The notes beneath the pieces were generated by a model that did no database searches, had not been told where the DNA came from, and saw only the letters and a list, made by a program, of their open reading frames with translations. Shown in pieces: positions 12,689 to 25,145 of a DNA stretch of 64,000 bases (position 1 is the stretch's first letter; each line of letters starts with the position of its first letter). Source of the DNA: Calcarisporiella thermophila CBS 279.70 (taxonomy: Eukaryota; Fungi; Calcarisporiellomycota); contig NW_027192196.1 of NCBI RefSeq assembly GCF_041956535.1, positions 204,921-268,920 of the forward strand, in the 5' to 3' direction. The position numbers and the translations under genes were made by a program.

Positions 12689-12993
12689 ATACAGGTGGAT
12701 CGATATACAATAAAAATGTCTGGCCTAGAATACTAAGTTATTACCAGTTATCATAGTTTTTCATTGTTAATTTTTTTTCCTCAAGATTTCTTGTGTCACC
12801 TAATAATATATTCTTATTTATCCACTTTGTGTGAATTCACTCGAATGCTCGCCTATTTCAACAATATATATTCGGGCTTCAACTTCGCGTAGGGAATCCT
12901 TTTTTATTTCGTAATAATATTGGTATAGAAGCTCGAATACTAATTGGAACCTATATTTCTGATTACACTATGGGCTGGAAATTCATTTAGGAT

Positions 12994-14557
<1,564 letters not shown>

Positions 14558-14827
14558 ATCTGAATTTAGTTTTCGTGAGAAACAGTAGAAGAGAAATTAA
14601 AATTAAACGCAGATAGAAAATATAATAATGCAGCAGAAAGGGGGTTTTATTCAAGATGTCCGAGTTAGGGAGAACATCCTGAAAATAAAATGGAATAAAG
14701 TAATGGATTTTTCCCCAAAATTAGAACGTGCTAAATACCTTTCTCGCCAATATATTATCAGAAAATTTCATTTAAGCAAAATCGCTAGCATTACATTGCT
14801 TAAGAGAATTGTTTTATTTGATACACT

Positions 14828-15080
14828 TTGGTCATACGCATTATAGACGCAGGTTCGCACTCTATTACGAAAAAAACGCGTGAAGTTACTTTAGATTTAT
14901 CACATTTTGAAGCGGATCGTATTCGAAATTTCAACATTATCGCGCATATTGACCAAGGAAAGGGTACGCTGGCTGATAGGTATGATGTTTCAAGCATTAT
15001 TATTCTATTCGCATTTTTGTCCGATGAATTTACATATTAAAAATAGACTATTAGAGTTAACTGGGACTATTACTTCCATG
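14828..15080 (+). pseudogene. GUF1: 5' fragment of mitochondrial GUF1/LepA (EF-4) GTPase with a degraded G1 motif; intron 14980-15046; truncated
   Basis: [28 protein letters not shown] versus canonical [28 protein letters not shown]; similarity ends at ~15080 in the AT-rich 3' region of the UBX gene. Confidence 0.8.
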
Positions 15081-15371
15081 ATTATTAACCCACCTTTACA
15101 AATATATAAAAAAACCACTTTATCTAATAGCAACAGTTTGAGGAGAAAAAAAAAGAAAATGGATAAAAATGTAGGAAGACAATCGTTGAAAAGAAAAGGC
15201 GTCATGAAAGGTAACACCGCTCTATTTCAGAATAAAAATAGATTCATAGAGGAAAAAAAGAGTAAAACACACATATATATGTGCATATATATATGATTCG
15301 AAATATGTTATTTGCAGAATAGGGGGAAAAGATTAAAGAAAAAAGAAAAGAGAGAAAAAAATAAGCAAAAA

Positions 15372-17110
15372 TTAGTGCCATCCGAGCGACACGGCCGCGT
15401 TACTCAACCCTGCCTCTTCTATTGTTTGACCAACCTGGTTGATGAGCTGTTGCCGATTGAAGACCAGTTCAAACGGAGTGACATCCGCCTGCGGCACTTC
15501 GGCCTTAATGAACTCGAAGATGGCCCGCACGGGATCTTGCTTACTGAAACGCCGGATGATACGGGACCCGTCTGGCAGGCGGAATTGGATTCGTGTGCTT
15601 GTGGCAGGGTCGGTGGGCTCGTCCCGCTTGACCGGTTTGATGGCGTCAAACACGTTATCCTCCATGTCCTCAGCCTCAACCTCCATCGCATCCCTCGACT
15701 CCCTGGCTGAAGAGCCCGACTCATACCCCCCTGAGCTCTCCGCTAGCGACGCCGCTAATGCTGCGTTGATCTGCTCCTCCTCCGTCATTTCGGACACATC
15801 TTTGACAGGCGTCACGGTGTCTCTCGCGCGACCCTTTTGCTTCGATTTTGATCCGCCGACCAAGCTGTGTGAATCCAGGAAATCGGCAATAGCGATGAGA
15901 AATTCCTCCGGGGTCATCCCCACGTTCCATTTCTTGACCAGCTCGCCCGTCCGGGGATCCAAGATGGTGATATACGGATACGAGGTGGTGGGGTAGAACG
16001 AGAGAAACTTTCGGCCTTCGGGGGTCGTTGATCCAAACTAAAGCGGTGGGAAATGAGGTTTAGTCGATAAATACATTCTCCTATTTTAGGAGCTTCCCCA
16101 TAGGTACCTGTAAGAAGAGAAAATGCTCCCGAATGATATCCTTCACCGTCTCATTGCTCCAGAGGTCGCGGTTGAGTACCTGACATGTAAAATCGGTGAG
16201 ATCCTGCACGTTCACCAGGAGCCACTTGCCCTCTTGTTTTGCCACATCCCGCGTCTGCTCAAAGCCCGTTTTTGCCATGATGTCAAAAGGGGGCCGGAAA
16301 AGGCGCGCTAGCCGATTGTATTTATCCTCCTCTGCATTGTCTGAAGCGGAACAATGAATAGAGAGTAGAATGGGGAATTAACTCGAGTTGCACTTTACCT
16401 GCACCACTACCAAATGCATCGAAGCTCATCGACTCGTCCTGATCGAATATCCTGTTCGGCCCTATTGGTCTTACCCCCATCCCCGGTGTGATCATGACCC
16501 CTTGTCTTCCAAATCCGAAGCTCTCACCACTAGATTCGGCAAAATCCATCATAGGATCGCCCGTCAGAACCTCTCTCCGGGGGGCAATGGGAGCCCTAAC
16601 GCCTCCATTCTCCCGCAGTTCTTGCGCGCGCATAGAAGATTCCTTCCTCCGTGCTTCGCGCCTGCTCGCCTCCTCTTGTTCAATTGCTTCAAGGCGGCGG
16701 GCCATGGCCTCATCGGATTCAAATTCCACCACTTCTTCACTAAAATCGTAATCCCCAACGTTGGTAGGAGGGGGGATATTTGGGCGTGGGGGAGGGGAGA
16801 CTTCACGGACGGAATCGTCATCGTCTATAATTGTGTGTGAAGCTGTAGCGGATGTTGAGGTTGTGTGGGATGCTTGGGGTTGCAGTGATGCTCCCCCATT
16901 CTCCATATAAAAGTTAATGGCCTGATCGAGTTGTCCATCGGTAATCTGTGATTAAGATAAAACATTTAGGAAAAAAAGGCCCTCTATAATGCTAGGAAAT
17001 GGGACGCCAGTTACCGCCAGATACTCTGACGCTCTGTCAGGTTCAGAGCCAGTGATGGCGCAAAAATTGGCGATTAAATCTGGATCGATCTGTGATGCTG
17101 CAGAACTCAT
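15372..17110 (-). CDS. UBX5: UBA-like/UAS/UIM/UBX p97 adaptor (UBXN7/Ubx5-like), multi-exon
   Basis: IANFCAITG..ASEYL (UBA-like), KWLLVNVQDLTDFTCQVLNRDLW (UAS), MTEEEQINAALAASL (UIM), TRIQFRLPDGSRIIRRF..TIEEAGL (UBX). Confidence 0.9.
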
Positions 17111-17311
17111 TATAGCGATTGAATTTTACTAATTGCTTAAGTAGCCAAGAAAACACAATAAGGAAGAAAAAAAGGGTGGTGGTTTTTTTGTGAACGGTGG
17201 CCAGAACGTGTTTTGCGTGCGTAAGATCATCGAGACGCCTTTTTTCGTCAGCATAGGTCTGACAGTCACAAGATGGTTTATTTTTTAAATTTTAGATTCT
17301 TTTTTTCATTT

Positions 17312-20300
17312 TCAACTGTTCGACACCGCGTCACACAGCCGATTTAACTCCTCGTTCAGAAGCTCCAGCGACAGGCGCCAGCTGTGCACACATCTCCCAA
17401 TAGCAGATCTTTCCTCAGCGCTCTTCTCCACGCCCACCCTCTCAAGGACCGTGTCATTAAATCCGCTCGACTTCACTTCCTTAAGAAGCCTAGCGAGATT
17501 CCCAAGAGCTTGCTTAAGCACAGACGCAAGCTCAGAGTAGAGGTGTTCTACATGCGGTAAAAGGGTTTTCCCAGGAGCCTTTTTGGTTTTCGCAGATCCG
17601 CTGTTAATCGCCTGGCCTAATACAATTGCGTATGTACACATCTCCCACAGGACGGAGTATCGATGGAAGCCTTTCCATGTCAAAGTCAACACAGTATCAT
17701 CGGGACTGCTTTCTAGAGCGACAGCTGTGGTGGCGACACCTTGTTAGCCTCGAAGGTGCGAGAAATTACGGGGAACAAGCGTGCTCCTTACCTTTCACTG
17801 CTAGGATGGCCTTTTCTATGAACACCGCGGGGTCCGTTTCATCTCTGATCGCGCTCTCGAGCTTCATGACCATATCAAACAACTTTTGCTCGGCGGTAGT
17901 AAGCTAAAAACGTGAAAAAGAACACCCATGCTTTTAATAAATATAAAATAAAGACCACGGAGGATATGGCTAACCTCGGCACCCTCTCGCATCTTTTCCA
18001 TTGCCTCTACAACCTTGGAAGTATCTTCTCCCTTGGCTGCGCTGCTTATCAGAGCAAGAAGCGCAGCGTAGATTCTGAAGCTTTCTAATGTGAGGTGGGG
18101 ACCTGGTCTAGTCGCTGATTCCGCGGGCAGTGTCTCTTTTTCCCCATTAGCAAAATCCAGCATGACCTCGTAGTCCCTGTTATCTTCTCTCGCGTTACAG
18201 AACTCCTCCCCCCATTCAACTCCCTCAAGGTCCAATCCCTTGAAATAATCCATTGCCATCTTTATGCTGAACGCACGTTGCATCCCCCCCATTCTTGTTG
18301 TCGTGAGTTTGTTGATGCCTCGCTGAAGCGAGTCGTCGAGCTTTCGACGGAATGCAATGAACTCCTCGATTTTCGAGTAAGTGCCATTCTTATACGCGAG
18401 CACAAGCATATCGGGCGTTTCCGAATTGTTGCTGGAGTATATCTGCGCGGCATTGGCAAACGTATGCTGCATGTGGTCGAATTGCCCTAGAGACATAGCA
18501 TGCTCCGTTGCGAAATGCCTATCAAAACAAGATACCCATTGGATGAATAGAAACGATTTGGAAACATGTCTTCGCATCCCATTTGAAGATTGGCAAGAGA
18601 ACAGGGGCTCCACTTACAACAAGGTATCCAACTGAACCTGCTTGATATCCATAGTTTCATAAATAGACAAGGCCCTTTGATAAACACCTAATAGGCAGAA
18701 GTATGAATCAAGTGTCCAAGACTGCTTTTCAACCTTTCCCATAAAAAAGTACCTATGATTTGATATAACCGAATAAGTAACAGCTTGAACTGGAAATTGT
18801 GCTTGCTTTTCTGGAGCGCCGCTTCCAACCAGAAGATTGCGCGGAAGAGATGGCGTATATTAGCTAAAATAGAGGGCACGTTTGAAATTGATCTCAGGAT
18901 CCAGCTTTTGAATAGAGGGCAAAAAAAAAATCACCATTATCTTTGTGATAAGCATCCACCAGCAGATGACTAGCCAATATCACAAATTCGTCACCGTATT
19001 GCCGCTCTGTCTCCTCAAGGTTCTTGCCAAGTGGCAAAGCACTGTTGTAAGCTTTCCACAGATTGTCGGCCAAATCCGAAAGTTCCTGCACGCTCAGTTT
19101 GGATTGTTGTCCCAAAAATCGTTCCAACTTGGCAAAGTTGATATGGCGCTGCACCGCCTTGGCATTGGTTGTAAGAGGGGGCAGCTTGCTGCGGAGCATA
19201 TCCAAAAGCTCGGAGATTTCTTGTTCGGAAAAGCACTTGACATAGGGCTGCAGATCCTCAAAGCAGCAAGTTTTGCTGCTAAATCGTTCAAAATAGGAGG
19301 CGACTAAAGGCACGGTGCTTGCAAGAGCATCTATAAACAAACATCCATGAGATGTACTAGAAAACAAATAGTTGCGTGGCTTGGATTTCCATATTTTACC
19401 TTGCTTTCTTTCTTTAATAATCCGACATTCTAACTCTATCTCTGCCAGAAATACACCCCTTTTTACGTCTTGCCCCTGAGAAATCAATTGCTGCTGCAAT
19501 GAGCTCAAAAATTTGCGTGCGTCGGCTATACTCTTGTCATAGATAAGGGAGCTGGTAAAAGCGAGAGACTAATTATAACAATGATATAATAACCCACTAT
19601 AATTCACATACCCATTCTCAAGTTCGATTTCTTGATCCAGCAGCTTGAATAATGAATCAAGATAAAACTGGAAATACTGCCACTCATCAGGGCTAATCAC
19701 GAAAAGCAGTTAGTTTAAACCTATTTGTAATAATGATAAGAAAAGCACGTACTTGATCTTCAAAAGATTCGTCCGAACGACGGAGTTTACGGTTGGCCAT
19801 TTGTTGCAGTTTGCCAGCAACTCCAAGCGCATCCACTGAATCTCCGGGTCATTCTTACATATCTCACTAAACTCATTCTCAATCACAGCTAGTGCATCGG
19901 CGTGTTTATTTTGCGCAATCAAAACGTTGAGGTAGAGCTGCACCTCTATTATAAAAGTGAGCATGCAGTAGGTTGAAGCGAAAGGGAGTTGCAAACCATT
20001 ACCTTCAGCAGTCCTAATTCGTTTCTCTTGGGCCGCTTTGGCGATCATTCTTTCGGCTAAAGGATAAAATATGTTTGGCTGACCTGCCGGAACTTGTTTG
20101 GCCTAATTTCGTAAAAACGCGTCAACACTTTACTATTAAGCTCAGGTATGGGGTATGGCAGCGTACTTGTAATATTAAACTCATAATTGCCCAGAAGAGA
20201 TACTTGTTTGACTTGAAATTCTTATGATTCTTTAGTGCAGCCTAATCGTAATGGAGTGTATTAGTAAAGTCGCTACCCAACACAGAAAAGTTTAGGAATC

Positions 20301-20923
20301 ACCTGCTGTTGACCCTTAAAATCATTCTTTCGGACCATGGCCATAAACCACATATTACAGAACTCTTCATTGTTGGGCTGCTGCCTTGCTGCGGCTTCGT
20401 ACATTGCAATGACTTCATCGTCTATAGATGCGAGAATGAGTAAATTCTAGCAAAGAGGGGAGCATAAAATTGAAAAACATCATACGTTTTCCCATCGAAG
20501 CGTACACATGTGTAGTAGCCTGCAATACAGACTCATCGGCAGGTTCTGCTTTTCGCACTTCATCGCACAACGCAAGTGCTTCTTCTTCCTTGTTGCTGCG
20601 CTCTAGTGCAACTGCTTTTAAAGCCTTTTCAATGAGAAAATAGTAAAACTATTGGCCTCGAGTAATCTTATTGAAGTCGAAAAAGTATGTCTCACCTTTA
20701 ATATCAGTGCATTGGGCTGCTTCTTCAGCATCTTATTGCACAGCTGAAGTGCAAGCTTATTGTTACCACTATCAACTGCATCTATACATTGGTGAAAGCA
20801 ATAAAGAAAGTACACGTTAATGCAAGAAAATGGCTATATCAAATTCTATTGTATCTGTTTATCAATCGGAAATATACCATACAATGGCCTTAATTTACGC
20901 TCACTCACTTCAGTACTCGACAT
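17312..20923 (-). CDS. NAA25: NatB N-acetyltransferase auxiliary subunit (NAA25/MDM20), many introns
   Basis: MSSTEVSERKLRPLY|DAVDSGNNKLALQLCNK, YFERFSSKTCCFEDL, TERQYGD, HNFQFKLLLIRLY, YKNGTYSKIEEFIAFRRKLDDS. Confidence 0.92.
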
Positions 20924-21233
20924 TGCACTTGTTATATGCTCTTCCCGAGTTTTCTTCCAGAATCGATACAATTTAAAACAATTTGAGGACTGCTCTTTCC
21001 GCAGTAATTCAATTAAGAAATTTGAAAATATGGTTCAATTTATTCTTCATAAAACTGCAAATGGAATAATACGCATATAATGAAATGACTAAAAGTTATA
21101 TACAATAAAGAGCAAACCCAAATGAATTGAAATTAGAGCACTTTTATCTAGAAGAACAATAATATTAAATCATATACTCTCTTTTATAATAAGTTCTCTC
21201 ATGTTACTAATGATGGTGGCAGTACCGAGTCGG

Positions 21234-24200
21234 TCAGACTCTAGTAATTTTTTTTTTTTGAGCTTCAAGCGCCCGTTGATGCAGCGGTTCAGCTTGATCA
21301 TATTTTCCCTGGCATTTGTAGAGAGCAGCTAGATTGTTAAGAGTAGTTATTGTATCAGGATGATCAAGACCCAATATATTTTCAACGACCGCCAGTGCTC
21401 GTTGATAAAAAAGTTCAGCTTGATCATATTTGTTTTGACTTGAGTATAGTGCGGCTAGGTTGTTAAGAACGGCTGCAGTATCATGGTGCTTGGATCCCAA
21501 ACATTTCTCCACATTTTTTAGCGCTCTTTGATACAAAGGCTCAGCCAGCTCATATTTACCCTGATGTGTATAAAGCGCAGCTAGATTGTTAAGCGTGCAT
21601 GCAGTTTCAGGATGTTCGGATCCTAATTTCTTTTCTCGAATTGAGAGTGCTCTTTGATAAAGCGATTCGGCCTGCTCTTGCTTGCCCTGTTTTTCATAAA
21701 GTGTAGCCAAGTTGCAAAGTGTACTTGCGGTATCTGGATGCTCTGGTCCCAATGCTTTCTCGACAATCACCAGCGCTCGTTGACGTAGAGATTCGGCGCG
21801 CTCATACTTGCCCTGATCCGAATAGAGCGCAGCTAGGTTATATAGAGTGGTAGCGGTAGAAGAGTGCTCTGGTCCAAGCACCCTCTCAACAATTGCCAGC
21901 GCTCGTTGATACAACGACTCTGCCTTCTCAAGTTTGCCCTGAATACTGTAGAGGTGAGCTAGGCTGTCAAGGACAGTGGCAATAGAAGGGTGTTCTGATC
22001 CTAACTCTCTCTCCACAAATGTTAGCGCTTGTTGATGCAGCAACTCAGCCAGATCATATTTGCCCTTAATTCGGTAGAGTACAGCTAGATTGTTGAGAGT
22101 GATGGCGGTATCAGAATGCTCGGATCTCAGCCCATTCTGGAGGATTCTCAGTGACCGTCGAAACAGCATTTCAGCCTCCTCATATTTACCCTGATTTACA
22201 TATAGCGCAGCTAAATTATTAAGTGTGGTTGCAGTATCGTGGTGCGCTTCCCCCATCTCTTTCTCAATAATTTCTAGAGCATTTCGATGTAGCAATTCGG
22301 CCTGTTCGTATTTACCTTGACTTGAGTAAAACGCGGCTAGATTGTCAAGCGCGGTAGCAGTAGAAGGATGCCCAGGTCCCAATACTTTCTTTCGGATTGT
22401 CAGCGCCCTTTGATATAGTGTCTCGACCTGATCATATTTGTCTTGACTTGAATAGAGCATAGCTAGATTTTCAAGTACGGTAGCAGTAGTAGGATGCTCT
22501 GGTCCTAATTTTTCCTCAACTGTTGCTAAGGCATGTTGATAAAACGATTCGGCCTGTTTATATTTTCCCTGACTTGAGTAAAGTGTTGTCAGATTATCAA
22601 GTGTAGTTGCCGTATAAGAATCTTCTGGCCCCAACATCTTCTCAAAAATTGACAGTGCTCGTTCGTACAGCAATCTGGCTTGTTCAGATTTGCCCTGACT
22701 TTTGTAAACTAAAGCTAGATTGTTTAGGGTGGCTGCAGTATTGGGATGTTCAGATCCCAAAGTTTTCTCAACAATTGCAAGCGCTTGATGATACACCGAT
22801 TCAGCTTGCTCATACTTATCTGACCTCTCATAGAGTGCAGCTAAGCAATTAAGTGTACATGCAGTATCAGGATGCTCGAATTCTAACTTCTCTCGGATTG
22901 ACAGTGACTTTCGATACAATATTTCTGCCTCTTTATATTTATTTTGCATGGCGTATATATACCCTAGGGAATAATGCGAAAAAGCTGTATTAGAGTGCTC
23001 GCTTCCATACAGCGAGGTACATATTTTAAGTGAGAACTTTGCGAGTTTTTCAATATCAATTATTATCCCATTGATTGTTAAATATTTTAAGGCGAGAGCT
23101 GTCACATTGTATAAGGCATCTGATATAATTGAGCATGGATTCATGTCACCAAGCAACGCAACAAAATATCGGATATGCGCAATATAAGGTTGTATAATGG
23201 AATGAGCAACTGGATCATATAATTCGTATAACTCAGCGCTCAAAGTCTCACGTTCAAGCGCGTGTGCTATTTCCTTGGCCCAATCTACTTTATCTTCTAT
23301 ATTTATAGCATCGTAGATAACCTTCTGAACAAGTCTGTGAATCCGCACACTAGCAAATAATTTTTTTATGCCGTCTTCATCTAACAGAGTAGATATCAAG
23401 GAAACAAAGGAGAAGTTGATTAGAACTGATATCGCAGATTGCACTGCAGTTCTCGCGTCAGAAGCTTTCACCTCGAACTCTGTTGAAGCCTGCGGACTCG
23501 ACTCAGCTTTGAAAATAGAATAACAGTGCTCAAAGAGACGCGTAGGAATTTCATCCGAGTGAAGAAAGGCACATGCCTCCAGTACTCTTACTGAAATCGG
23601 ATTTTTCTTATTGAGTTGTTCAAGTGAAATAGCCCAGACCGTTTCAATTGTGTGTCTATAAGTGTTTGCGCTATCCTCATCATGATACGAATAAATTTCT
23701 TTTCGTTGTTTTTTGAACTTCACGAGATAGCCTTTAAAAGTATAGCGAGTTGTCTTCATATAAGCACGAGCAAGATCAATCGCAAGCGGCATACAATCAA
23801 GCTCAACAACTACTTTATGAGCATAGTGATACTGGATGCTTTGTGGATCCATTGTTTCTAACTCTTCTTGTAACAGTAGAGACATGGCCTCTTCTTCTGT
23901 CATCTTGCCTATTTCTATTATTTTTCCTCTCCGAGAAGATATATGCTCTCGTGTAGTTATGAGAATATGACCTCCTTTACTAGGCAATATGTCAAATATA
24001 TTCTCAGACACTTTCTCTCCCACATTATCCAATAAGAGCAGCCAGTTAGTGTTAGCTTCTAACCAACTTCGAACCCATTTGAAGACTGTGTCTTCTGCGT
24101 TTTTCTCCTTTAATAAAGCAGGGTCAATGCCAAGATTGATGGCCAGCTTTCGCAACGAATCAAATGTTATTGTCCAGTTTTCGGCATTTAGCCAGAAAAC

Positions 24201-24602
24201 GAACTCATATTCTTTGTTGTGGTAATAGCAGTATCGTAGCATCAATTGCGTTTTACCCATCCCACCAAGACCCTTGAGCACCACAATTTTGCGTCGGTGT
24301 GGTGAACTAGCCTCGCCGAGCAACTCCGATAGTTTATTGAAAATCTCTGGCCGCTCAATGAAAGTATTATTTTCATCCGGGACACCAAAGAATGTTTGAT
24401 CCACCTTGTGCTTTGGATAGGGGGCCAATAGCCCGGACCCTACCAGCCAAAATGGAAGACTTTTATTAGACGTTTATACTTCATATTCATATGTACGTCT
24501 TCATTTACCTGCTCCATAAATATATGTGACATTTCCGGAGTTAATGGATGCCCTATTCGAAGCGTTTATATATCCAGCAGTATTAGCGGTTTGCGAAAAC
24601 AT
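21234..24602 (-). CDS. Fungal NLR: N-terminal HET-s-like amyloid motif, NB-ARC domain, 14 TPRs (~1099 aa); exon 1 24602-24509, intron 24508-24440, exon 2 24439-21234
   Basis: P-loop GLGGMGKT, VFWLNA, Walker B WLLLLDNV, GHILITTR, CMPLAI (GLPL-like), IHRLVQ (MHD-like), 42-aa TPRs. The 69-nt GT..AG intron with CTAAT branch site links ATG 24602 in frame to ORF 21234..24428. Confidence 0.9.
21250..23006 (-). repeat. 14 tandem ~42-aa (126-nt) TPR repeats, kinesin-light-chain-like
   Basis: Consensus GxEHPxTAxTLNNLAxLYxxQGKYExAExLYQRALxIxEKxL counted 14 times in the translation. Confidence 0.93.
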
Positions 24603-24620
24603 TGCTTTATGATCAAACAA

Positions 24621-24645
24621 CTTGAGAATATCTTGAGAATATCTT
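24621..24645. repeat. 11-bp tandem duplication (CTTGAGAATAT)x2 plus CTT just upstream of the NLR start codon
   Basis: cttgagaatat cttgagaatat ctt. Confidence 0.85.
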
Positions 24646-25145
24646 ACGAATGTTATAATTCGGTTGTTAATTACAATTGTCGCAAAGAATTTTTCAAGCT
24701 TTTAAATAGAAGCACTTAAGCACATGGTTTATACTAATCTTATGCCCAACCTTAAGTAAAAACTCTACACATTTACCTTATTCGAAGTTTGAAAATAATG
24801 ACAGTGCCCAATGACCTTACCCTATCAAGTTAATATTTCTTATTCCAAGGTACTGAATTTATATTATACTTCACTGCCCCTCTCTTCAAGTTCACATTTC
24901 CTCTTACGAAACTTTGATGTGTGCATCCAATTCCCTTGAGAATACGTGAGAGTATGTTTACACATGAAAGAAAAATCTCCAGTGGACCTTATATTTTGTA
25001 GCACTAAAATGTAAAAAAAGCATATATTTGAGAACACATTAAAATACACAAAGAGGCTTTGCTGGGAATAATATATATCAGAATATTTATATCATTCTCA
25101 GAGATCGGATTTAAATTATATGCAATCATGCGAAAGAGATGGATA

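Noticed and set aside
24603-24701. Open frame continuing upstream of the NLR ATG, as a possible larger effector domain
   Set aside because: No ATG, closed by TAA at 24704-24702, contains a tandem duplication and lies just after a TATA-like box; treated as 5' UTR, although an extra upstream exon cannot be excluded without RNA data
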